A stretch of 64,000 nucleotides of DNA from the NCBI GenBank assembly GCA_036645935.1, contig JAVXNE010000001.1:384660-448659 (forward strand). The letters are read 5' to 3'. The DNA is from Oscillospiraceae bacterium (lineage in GTDB: Bacteria; Bacillota; Clostridia; Oscillospirales; Ruminococcaceae). Both the position numbers and the translations under genes were made by a program. The notes under the pieces were generated by a model. That model had not been told where the DNA came from. It made no database searches and was given only the letters and a program-made list of their open reading frames with translations. Shown piece by piece: positions 41,155 to 49,205 of this stretch (position 1 is the first letter of the stretch; each line of letters starts with the position of its first letter).

Positions 41155-42357
41155 ATGATCGAAATAAAAGGGAATTTTAACACTGCGCTATGCTATACAC
41201 CGGAGTTGGAAGAAAAAGCGGCGGAACAGATTCGTACTGTCTGCGATGAGAAAGCCTTCCATGACTGCAAAATCCGCATCATGCCGGACGTTCACGCCGG
41301 CAAAGGCTGCACAATCGGAACGACCATGACTATCACGGATAAGATCGTTCCCGGTATGGTGGGTGTGGACATCGGATGCGGCATGGAAACAGTGAAGATT
41401 GAGCAGTGTGATATTGACTTTGAAAAGCTGGATGAACTGATTCACAAAAGCATCCCCTGCGGTCGTGAGGTGCGGAATGTGCCCCACGAATACAACGCGC
41501 AAATTGACCTGACAGAGCTTCGCTGCGCCCCCTATGTCAGCCTTGAGCGAGCGACAAAAAGCATTGGCACACTGGGCGGAGGCAATCATTTTATCGAGGC
41601 AGATTGCTCCGACGCCGGAGACATTTATATGGTAGTCCATTCCGGCAGCCGTCATTTAGGGATTGAGGTAGCCGATTACTATCAGAAACAGGGACGGCAG
41701 GCTATGTGGGGTGGCGCGCGCTATCAAATTGAGCAGCTTATTGAATCGCTCAAGGCAGAGGGGCGATTCCAAGATATACAACCGGCGGTGACTGCACTCA
41801 AAAATGAGCACAAAATCGATATACCGGGCAATCTGACCTATGTGGAAGGCAAACTGTTCGACGATTATATCCATGATATGCGTATTGTGCAGCGCTTCGC
41901 CATCCTGAACCGCAAGGCGATGATGGATGTTATCCTTTCTGATATGGGATTCACAAAAACAGACGAATTCACGACCATTCACAACTATATCGATACCGAT
42001 GCGATGATCCTCCGCAAAGGCTCAGTTTCTGCAAATAAGGGTGAAACTCTGCTGATTCCAATCAACATGCGTGATGGCAGTCTTATCTGCGTGGGCAGGG
42101 GAAACCCGGAATGGAACTATTCCGCGCCCCACGGCGCAGGGCGGCTCATGAGCCGTAAAGCGGCGTTTTCGTCATTATCCATGGAACAGTACCGGGAAGA
42201 GATGAAAGGCGTTTACTCCACCTGCGTCATGCCGGATACGCTGGATGAATCCCCCATGGCCTATAAGAGCATAGAGGAAATTATCCAGCAGATCGAACCC
42301 ACTGCACAAATTATAGAGCGCATCAAGCCTATTTATAACTTTAAGGCGGCAGAATAA
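41155..42357 (+). CDS. rtcB: RNA 3'-phosphate/2',3'-cyclic-phosphate ligase RtcB
   Basis: Metal-site motifs MPDVHAGKGCTIG, GGGNHFIE, HNYID, PINMRDG and SAPHGAGR (the nucleophilic His lies in SAPHGAGR); 400 aa. Confidence 0.85.
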   Translation: MIEIKGNFNTALCYTPELEEKAAEQIRTVCDEKAFHDCKIRIMPDVHAGKGCTIGTTMTITDKIVPGMVGVDIGCGMETVKIEQCDIDFEKLDELIHKSIPCGREVRNVPHEYNAQIDLTELRCAPYVSLERATKSIGTLGGGNHFIEADCSDAGDIYMVVHSGSRHLGIEVADYYQKQGRQAMWGGARYQIEQLIESLKAEGRFQDIQPAVTALKNEHKIDIPGNLTYVEGKLFDDYIHDMRIVQRFAILNRKAMMDVILSDMGFTKTDEFTTIHNYIDTDAMILRKGSVSANKGETLLIPINMRDGSLICVGRGNPEWNYSAPHGAGRLMSRKAAFSSLSMEQYREEMKGVYSTCVMPDTLDESPMAYKSIEEIIQQIEPTAQIIERIKPIYNFKAAE

Positions 42358-42736
42358 TGGAAATGTTTATTTCGCCCATTCTCACAGCAGAGATAGGCTG
42401 CCTGTAAGAAAGCAATCCCCTGACGATTCTTACCGGTGGCCCGAACTGTCGGGGGGTGATTCACTTGCAAAGGACAAAAACATATTATCGGTGGAGTCGG
42501 AAGCAATCGATCAAACTGAAATTTGGAATTCTGCAAAGGCTAGGCGACGAGAATTATGTATATGCCCGGACGCACAGAGCATATGGGCGTCTTGCCAAAG
42601 GTTAAATTCACTGCTCCTGTCCCATGTTCCGAAGAAAATCTTATGACGACTTTAGCCATAAGGACAAGAAGGCTTTTTTATCCGCTAAGCGGCAAATTGA
42701 CGGCTGGTTTATAAACCGGAAAGGAGAAAATCCCGA

Positions 42737-42886
42737 ATGAAGGAAACAATTCTGAAACAACTATCTCAAGTTGAACAAGCAGAAAATATCCGAATTGTTT
42801 TTGCTGCCGAACCCGGAAGCCGCGCATGGGAATTTACCTCACCGGACAAAACAACCCAAAACGTCCACGGAAGATACGGTCAATGA
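42737..42886 (+). pseudogene. N-terminal fragment of a COG3541-type nucleotidyltransferase, truncated or frameshifted
   Basis: AAGGAGAAAA SD then MKETILKQLSQVEQAENIRIVFAAEPGSRAWEFTSPDK, which matches the ...YACESGSRAWGF nucleotidyltransferase signature. The frame terminates after 49 aa, next to an A8 homopolymer at 42892-42899. Confidence 0.35.
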
Positions 42887-43231
42887 TTTCGTATTAAAAA
42901 AAACTCGAAATTCAAGACACACAAGTGAAACGCGGTCTCGAGAAATACGGTTTTCTCCGTGTTCACATAGGCTCCCTCGAGCTCTGCTGCGGCAAGCGGG
43001 AGGGTGCTCTGTTTGCAGATGTCACCTACAATTTAAAGATAGCAGACCGTTGAAGTTCGCAAAAGCACGTTCTGTCAAAGCACTTTTTAAGCTACCGCGT
43101 TGGAATTTGCTTTTTGCCGGCCAATCGCAGTTGCAGAGCTGATTCAAAACACGGAGCATTTTTGCACTTGCACTTTAAACCGCAAAGAAATACCGCCCGC
43201 GAGATGAGAACCTCGCGGGCGGTATTGGATT

Positions 43232-43807
43232 TTAATAGTATCGCAAACATCCCACAACACGGCCGAGCACCTGAACGTCATCCGCAATTATAGGTTCAAA
43301 ACTGGGATTCTCCGCATGAAGCTCAACGCGTCCGTTTTTTCGGTAAAGACGCTTCACCGTAGCCTCGTCTCCAATGAGCGCAACGGCAATCTCACCGTCC
43401 TCAACGGTCGGTGTCTGCTTTGCGACTATAATATCTCCGTCTAGGATTCCCGCGTTTATCATACTCTCGCCGCGAACGTGCAACGCAAAGAGATCGCTGT
43501 TGTCCCTGCGGGGACTGTCGAACATTATGTAATCCTCGATATACTGCTGTGCGAGAATGGGCACGCCGGCAGCAACGGTTCCGAGTAAAGGAACAGAAAC
43601 CGCAGACCCGCTCTTGGTGAGCGATATGTTGCGACGTTTGCCCGACGCTATTGAAATCCGTCCCTCATCCTCCAGCTCGTGCAAAAGTTTGTGAACCTGC
43701 GATGTCGATTTAATCGCAAGGGCATCGCACAGCTCTCGCACCGACGGTGGAGATTCAAAGCTGTTCTCGACAAGATAGCGAAAGAGCTTTTCCTTCTTAC
43801 CGCTCAT
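43232..43807 (-). CDS. lexA: LexA repressor (S24 peptidase, SOS regulator)
   Basis: N-terminal LexA DNA-binding domain (PPSVRELCDALAIKSTSQVHKLLHELEDEGRI); S24 Ser-Lys dyad (GESMINAGI ... TVKRL). The ATG at 43807 follows a GGAGGAT SD; the track start at 43843 is an extension. Confidence 0.85.
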   Translation of the reverse strand: MSGKKEKLFRYLVENSFESPPSVRELCDALAIKSTSQVHKLLHELEDEGRISIASGKRRNISLTKSGSAVSVPLLGTVAAGVPILAQQYIEDYIMFDSPRRDNSDLFALHVRGESMINAGILDGDIIVAKQTPTVEDGEIAVALIGDEATVKRLYRKNGRVELHAENPSFEPIIADDVQVLGRVVGCLRYY

Positions 43808-43837
43808 ATAATATCCTCCGCCCTTAGCGTTGGGTTT

Positions 43838-43849
43838 GAACATTTGTTT
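43838..43849. promoter_or_regulatory. Putative LexA (Cheo-type) box GAACATTTGTTT in the lexA promoter
   Basis: GAAC-N4-GTTT, as for clostridial and Bacillus LexA operators. It lies about 30 bp upstream of the lexA start and downstream of a TGgTATTAT extended -10 on the minus strand. Confidence 0.45.
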
Positions 43850-44051
43850 TGATCGCTTTCATAATACCACATTAACTCGCAAAAAGTAAAGTCAAAAAAA
43901 TATTTTCCGGCGACTTAGAATTAACATTATGTTAAAATTTCAGACATATTGAATACATGGTTGGGTAATATACTTCAGTTGTACCGAGTTAGCCGCATAA
44001 CTTCGTACGGTAGCATTATTCCTCCTCATTAACTGTACCCCCTTAAAGCCC

Positions 44052-44084
44052 GGGCCTCGAAAAATATTCGAGGCCCATTTTTTT
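44052..44084. terminator. GC hairpin with a T-tract (gggcctcg-N9-cgaggccc-atttttttg) just 3' of the DltD-like gene
   Basis: 8-bp GC stem with a T7 run on the plus strand. The orientation is ambiguous; it may insulate lexA from the upstream minus-strand operon. Confidence 0.4.
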
Positions 44085-44088
44085 GCGC

Positions 44089-45108
44089 TTATTCTATTTT
44101 GGCGTCGAGCTCCTTTTCCGAAAGATATTGTTCCTTTGTCGTTCTAATGCAGAACTCGCTCTCCTCTCCCGCAAAGAAGACACGCGCCAAATGCTTTTTT
44201 TCCTCGAGCACAAAATGAAAACCGTCGTAAAAAATCGGGTCATTTGCGGCATATTCGTTATTGAACTCCATATCGTAAACTGTGGCGCGCGACTTGAGGC
44301 GATCCTTATATATATTGATATAAAAATCAATTTCCATCGGGTACACGACAAAATCCCAGATTGCACGGTTGCTGTTCGGCATGATAAACACGAGCTCAAT
44401 GCCGTTCGTGTCACAATAATCTATTATCTCGTCCAGTCGGGACAGGTATTCGAGAGCACCCTTATATCCATCGCACTGGCTGTAGATTATCGCGGCATAG
44501 TTCTGCAAATCAATGCGGTAGCCATCGGCAGAATAGTCGGAGGGCGGCCGCACATCTTGCGTGAGCGACGAGGGGTCGTCCACAACCATTCGCAGCTTCT
44601 CGTTTCCGGTGATATTCGCCCATGCATTGGACAGCGCAACTTCAAGATTGCCTAGCATATCCAGCCACACGTCAAAGTCGAAGAAAAACTTTGTGGGCGA
44701 GAGAGCCTTTTCGCTGGCCGATTCAAAGCGACCCTCAGAATAGTGAATGTCACTGAGATTGTAGAAGTTAAGACCGATGACAACCTTTTTCAGTTCGGTG
44801 TGCTCACTCGCAAACCAAAACTGCTCAATGTTTTCGTTGAGCGTCGCGCCGCCATAGCACAACATCGTCCAGTGACCACCGCCGATCTCTTCGATATAAT
44901 CGGCATTGAAATTTGCCATGCGCGAATCCCCGAGAACGATGTTCTCGGGATGCTCACGCAGCAGCTCACGCAGCGAGCTGACCGAACGCGCATAATAGCG
45001 TGATTCGCCTTTAAGCCCCCAATAGTCGTATGGTTCAAACGCGACGAAGAGCGCGAATATCAGCGCAAAAGGGAATATGAATATCACAATCTTTTTAAAC
45101 AACTTCAT
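44089..45108 (-). CDS. DltD/AlgJ-like SGNH-fold acyltransferase partner protein, N-terminally membrane-anchored (copy 2)
   Basis: N-terminal TM; conserved blocks shared with the 48128-49105 paralogue (FEPYDY, LGDSRMANxN, FWF..EHTELKKVV, SRATVYDME, DGFH); adjacent to an MBOAT gene. Confidence 0.55.
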   Translation of the reverse strand: MKLFKKIVIFIFPFALIFALFVAFEPYDYWGLKGESRYYARSVSSLRELLREHPENIVLGDSRMANFNADYIEEIGGGHWTMLCYGGATLNENIEQFWFASEHTELKKVVIGLNFYNLSDIHYSEGRFESASEKALSPTKFFFDFDVWLDMLGNLEVALSNAWANITGNEKLRMVVDDPSSLTQDVRPPSDYSADGYRIDLQNYAAIIYSQCDGYKGALEYLSRLDEIIDYCDTNGIELVFIMPNSNRAIWDFVVYPMEIDFYINIYKDRLKSRATVYDMEFNNEYAANDPIFYDGFHFVLEEKKHLARVFFAGEESEFCIRTTKEQYLSEKELDAKIE

Positions 45109-45116
45109 TTTTTACC

Positions 45117-46601
45117 TCAAAATCCCTGGTATATGAGCGAGCTGCTCACGGTTCCCGTGACAGATATCATATAGAAGATAATCACGGCGGCACCCATCGT
45201 CCAGTAAAGTGCCCAGCGTGTTTTTTTGCCGAATGTTCCAAGCGGGTTAAAATCAGTCTGCCCCATACGTGTCGGGCGGCTGCTCAAAATATCGAAAATT
45301 ATCGTTAGAACAAGACCGAACACGATCCCGATAAAATAGAACCACATGTATCTGCTGTCGGTAAAAATCCCTTTGGCGGCATATTTTTGCAGCAGTGCGA
45401 CGGTGTCCGCAAAAGGACCGAATTTAAAGAGATTTGAGAATAGATATCCTGCATGTGCAAGGGATGGTGCGCGAAAGAACACCCAGCCGAGCGCGACGAG
45501 AATGTCGCTTATAACTATGCGTGCCACCCTCAACGCGCCGCGCGGCTTTGCAAATCTCTCTCCGAACGCATGCGTGAGCAGCTCGTCGCATATTCGCAAG
45601 ACTCCGTGCCACGCGCCCCAGACCAAAAATGTCACTCCAACGCCGTGCCACAGCCCGCTCACGAGAAACACGAGCAATATGTTGATTAGCTTGCGTGCAA
45701 ATCCCTTGCGGTTGCCCCCTAGCGGGATGTAGACATAGTCGCGAAGCCACGAGGTGAGCGACATATGCCAGCGCGACCAGAAATCAGTGATGCCGGCCGC
45801 GAGATACGGTGCTCTGAAATTCTCGCGCAGCTTGAACCCGAGCATTTCAGCCACCCCGATCGCCATGTCTGTGTATCCCGAAAAATCGCAGTATATCTGA
45901 ATCGCATATGCCGCAACGGCTACGAGCAGTGTCACTCCATCATACTGAGGAAGGTCACTGTAAACCCCGTTCACTATTGAAGCAAGTCCGTCTGCTATCA
46001 CAACTTTTTTAAACGCGCCCCACAGACACCGCTCAAGCCCGCTTACAGCGCGCGAATAACTGAAATCATGCTGCTCGCGAAACTGCGGTATAAGCTCGCC
46101 CGCGCGGTTTATCGGGCCGGATATTATCTGCGGGAAGAAGCTGACGAAGAGTGAGAACGTGACAAAATCCCGCTCGGGGCTCGCGTCACCACGATAGATA
46201 TCAATGAAATATCCGATCAGTTGCAGCGTGTAGAAGCTGATTCCGAGCGGCTGAACGAGCGAGAACCCATTCTCAGGCACCCCAATTCCGAGCGATGCCG
46301 CTACACCGCTCAGCAAATTAAAATATTTGAAGAAAAACAGCGCGCCCAGCAGCACAATTATCGAGAGCGTCAGTCGCCGTTTTTTTGATTTTTCCGTCAC
46401 CGCACCGCCCAGTTTGATCGCGGCAAAATATGCGAAAGCTGTCGTTCCGAGCACAAGCGCTCCGTAATACGGCAGCTTCCACATGTAAAACACATAGCTC
46501 GCTATGAGCAAAAATGGGTTGCGCAGCTTGCGCGGAAGCAGATAATATCCTGCAAGCACAAGGGTGAGAAACAGAATAAACAGCGGGGAGTTAAGAGACA
46601 T
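45117..46601 (-). CDS. MBOAT-family membrane-bound O-acyltransferase (AlgI/DltB/PatA-like), copy 2
   Basis: WSRWHMSLTSWLRDYVYIPLGGNRKG with the MBOAT catalytic His; polytopic. The ATG at 46601 follows a GAGGTGA SD. The central roughly 353 codons are near-identical to the upstream paralogue. Confidence 0.8.
   Translation of the reverse strand: MSLNSPLFILFLTLVLAGYYLLPRKLRNPFLLIASYVFYMWKLPYYGALVLGTTAFAYFAAIKLGGAVTEKSKKRRLTLSIIVLLGALFFFKYFNLLSGVAASLGIGVPENGFSLVQPLGISFYTLQLIGYFIDIYRGDASPERDFVTFSLFVSFFPQIISGPINRAGELIPQFREQHDFSYSRAVSGLERCLWGAFKKVVIADGLASIVNGVYSDLPQYDGVTLLVAVAAYAIQIYCDFSGYTDMAIGVAEMLGFKLRENFRAPYLAAGITDFWSRWHMSLTSWLRDYVYIPLGGNRKGFARKLINILLVFLVSGLWHGVGVTFLVWGAWHGVLRICDELLTHAFGERFAKPRGALRVARIVISDILVALGWVFFRAPSLAHAGYLFSNLFKFGPFADTVALLQKYAAKGIFTDSRYMWFYFIGIVFGLVLTIIFDILSSRPTRMGQTDFNPLGTFGKKTRWALYWTMGAAVIIFYMISVTGTVSSSLIYQGF
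45468..46527. repeat. Direct repeat copy A (1,060 bp), near-identical to 46984-48043
   Basis: Constant offset of 1,516 bp. Identical sub-ORFs appear in the track (45719-45916 versus 47235-47432; 45765-45980 versus 47281-47496). One mismatch was seen (cccGctcac versus cccActcac). Confidence 0.85.
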
Positions 46602-46626
46602 ATTCACCTCATGTTTCGTGAAAAAA

Positions 46627-48117
46627 TTAAAAATTGCCGTATATGAACGACGCGGACAGTGCTCCACGCGACGCGCTGATGATAAAGAAGCACATTACCG
46701 CGAGTGCGAGCGAAATACACAGCGTCCATTTTGTGATTTTGCCAAAATCATACAGCGGATTATAACCATCGCTATCACCCTCGCGCGTTCGTCGCGCGAG
46801 CTTTGCATCAAATATCGCACAAATCACAAGGCCCATCAAAATCAATCCAAAGAAAAGAAGATAGAACACCGTTGCGTTCGCGACATTTTGAGACGCAAGG
46901 TAGGTTATCTGTTCAAGCGCGCCCGAAAAGGAAACGGAATTTAGCATGTTTTTAAAGACATAGAGCGCATCAGGCAGCGAATTTGCGCGAAAGAACACCC
47001 AGCCGAGCGCGACGAGAATGTCGCTTATAACTATGCGTGCCACCCTCAACGCGCCGCGCGGCTTTGCAAATCTCTCTCCGAACGCATGCGTGAGCAGCTC
47101 GTCGCATATTCGCAAGACTCCGTGCCACGCGCCCCAGACCAAAAATGTCACTCCAACGCCGTGCCACAGCCCACTCACGAGAAACACGAGCAATATGTTG
47201 ATTAGCTTGCGTGCAAATCCCTTGCGGTTGCCCCCTAGCGGGATGTAGACATAGTCGCGAAGCCACGAGGTGAGCGACATATGCCAGCGCGACCAGAAAT
47301 CAGTGATGCCGGCCGCGAGATACGGTGCTCTGAAATTCTCGCGCAGCTTGAACCCGAGCATTTCAGCCACCCCGATCGCCATGTCTGTGTATCCCGAAAA
47401 ATCGCAGTATATCTGAATCGCATATGCCGCAACGGCTACGAGCAGTGTCACTCCATCATACTGAGGAAGGTCACTGTAAACCCCGTTCACTATTGAAGCA
47501 AGTCCGTCTGCTATCACAACTTTTTTAAACGCGCCCCACAGACACCGCTCAAGCCCGCTTACAGCGCGCGAATAACTGAAATCATGCTGCTCGCGAAACT
47601 GCGGTATAAGCTCGCCCGCGCGGTTTATCGGGCCGGATATTATCTGCGGGAAGAAGCTGACGAAGAGTGAGAACGTGACAAAATCCCGCTCGGGGCTCGC
47701 GTCACCACGATAGATATCAATGAAATATCCGATCAGTTGCAGCGTGTAGAAGCTGATTCCGAGCGGCTGAACGAGCGAGAACCCATTCTCAGGCACCCCA
47801 ATTCCGAGCGATGCCGCTACACCGCTCAGCAAATTAAAATATTTGAAGAAAAACAGCGCGCCCAGCAGCACAATTATCGAGAGCGTCAGTCGCCGTTTTT
47901 TTGATTTTTCCGTCACCGCACCGCCCAGTTTGATCGCGGCAAAATATGCGAAAGCTGTCGTTCCGAGCACAAGCGCTCCGTAATACGGCAGCTTCCACAT
48001 GTAAAACACATAGCTCGCTATGAGCAAAAATGGGTTGCGCAGCCTTTGGGGTAACACAAAATACACCGTTGCGGCAACTGTCAGGAATATCAAAAACGCA
48101 GGGGTTGAAAATGACAT
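46627..48117 (-). CDS. MBOAT-family membrane-bound O-acyltransferase, copy 1
   Basis: Same MBOAT motifs; unique N-terminus (about 30 aa) and C-terminus (about 100 aa) flank the shared core. Confidence 0.8.
   Translation of the reverse strand: MSFSTPAFLIFLTVAATVYFVLPQRLRNPFLLIASYVFYMWKLPYYGALVLGTTAFAYFAAIKLGGAVTEKSKKRRLTLSIIVLLGALFFFKYFNLLSGVAASLGIGVPENGFSLVQPLGISFYTLQLIGYFIDIYRGDASPERDFVTFSLFVSFFPQIISGPINRAGELIPQFREQHDFSYSRAVSGLERCLWGAFKKVVIADGLASIVNGVYSDLPQYDGVTLLVAVAAYAIQIYCDFSGYTDMAIGVAEMLGFKLRENFRAPYLAAGITDFWSRWHMSLTSWLRDYVYIPLGGNRKGFARKLINILLVFLVSGLWHGVGVTFLVWGAWHGVLRICDELLTHAFGERFAKPRGALRVARIVISDILVALGWVFFRANSLPDALYVFKNMLNSVSFSGALEQITYLASQNVANATVFYLLFFGLILMGLVICAIFDAKLARRTREGDSDGYNPLYDFGKITKWTLCISLALAVMCFFIISASRGALSASFIYGNF
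46984..48043. repeat. Direct repeat copy B (1,060 bp)
   Basis: See copy A. Confidence 0.85.
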
Positions 48118-48127
48118 AGGCTCGGTT

Positions 48128-49105
48128 TCAATCCTTTACATATCTCGTTATCACGTCGCTGTCCTCCCCTGCAAACACCGCGCGCATCACAATCTTTTTA
48201 GGTTCGGTGAACAGGTGAAAACCGTCGCGGAAATTGTTCTCATCACGGGTGAAGTCATTCAGATATTCCATGTCGTACACCGTCGCGCGCGATTTTAAAA
48301 AATTCAGCAACTGCACACGATATGGCTCAACGCCGCACGGCTCTGTGGCCATCTCAAATATCGATTCGTGCATGGGTGGTATCACAAACTGAAGCTCGAT
48401 ATGGTGTTCTTCGCAGTAATCGATAACCTTTGAAATCTGCTTATATGTTTCAGGAGCGATTGAATATCCCTGCACGCCGCCGTATATGAGAATCGCGTAA
48501 TCCTCAAGGTCCTGCCGATACTTTTCTCCGCGCTCGCTCGTGGGATTCGCGTCCACCACAAGCGCATTCGGATCCTCGGGGTATTCCAACCATTCGGGAC
48601 GACCAAACGCTGCTGCCGCAAGATTTTTGGTCTTGTATTTTATCGCATTGCCAGCCTCGAGCCAATTCCCGAACGACGTCAAAAAGCTGTACGTGCTTGT
48701 CGCCTGCCTCTCGACCACCGGTATACGCCCTGCAGTCTGATCTCCACGGCACATATAAAAACTCACGCCAAACACAACTTTCTTGAGCTCAGTGTGCTCA
48801 GTGCAAAACCAAAACAGCTCGAGCTGCTCTCCGAGCGTGGATCCTCCGAAGCCGACCATCTCGTATCTCTTTGCACTTATCTGCTCAATGTAATCGGTGT
48901 TGAGGTTTGCCATGCGCGAGTCGCCGAGAATGATTTTATCGGGCTTCTGTATGATAATTTTGCGCATAGCGGACAGCGGTTTTGAGAGATATGTGGCATC
49001 GCCGCGCACACAGAAATAATCATACGGCTCAAAAGCGAAAAAGACGAGCAGCACAAGTATAAAAGGCAACGAGAAAATCGCGAGATTTTTGATGAATTTC
49101 TTCAA
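48128..49105 (-). CDS. DltD/AlgJ-like SGNH-fold acyltransferase partner protein (copy 1)
   Basis: Paralogue of 44089-45108 at about 40% identity by eye, with an N-terminal TM anchor. Confidence 0.55.
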   Translation of the reverse strand: MKKFIKNLAIFSLPFILVLLVFFAFEPYDYFCVRGDATYLSKPLSAMRKIIIQKPDKIILGDSRMANLNTDYIEQISAKRYEMVGFGGSTLGEQLELFWFCTEHTELKKVVFGVSFYMCRGDQTAGRIPVVERQATSTYSFLTSFGNWLEAGNAIKYKTKNLAAAAFGRPEWLEYPEDPNALVVDANPTSERGEKYRQDLEDYAILIYGGVQGYSIAPETYKQISKVIDYCEEHHIELQFVIPPMHESIFEMATEPCGVEPYRVQLLNFLKSRATVYDMEYLNDFTRDENNFRDGFHLFTEPKKIVMRAVFAGEDSDVITRYVKD

Positions 49106-49205
49106 ACGGGAATCTCCTATTTGTAGGTGGTTACTGTTGCTTGCAAAACACGTTTGGAATCAGGAGCCGACCGCGTGTCCCGCACCTTGTGTGCGATCCG
49201 ATATT

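Noticed and set aside
42771-43142. 123-aa plus-strand ORF
   Set aside because: It has no SD and a basic low-complexity translation. The region is better explained as a decayed nucleotidyltransferase remnant.
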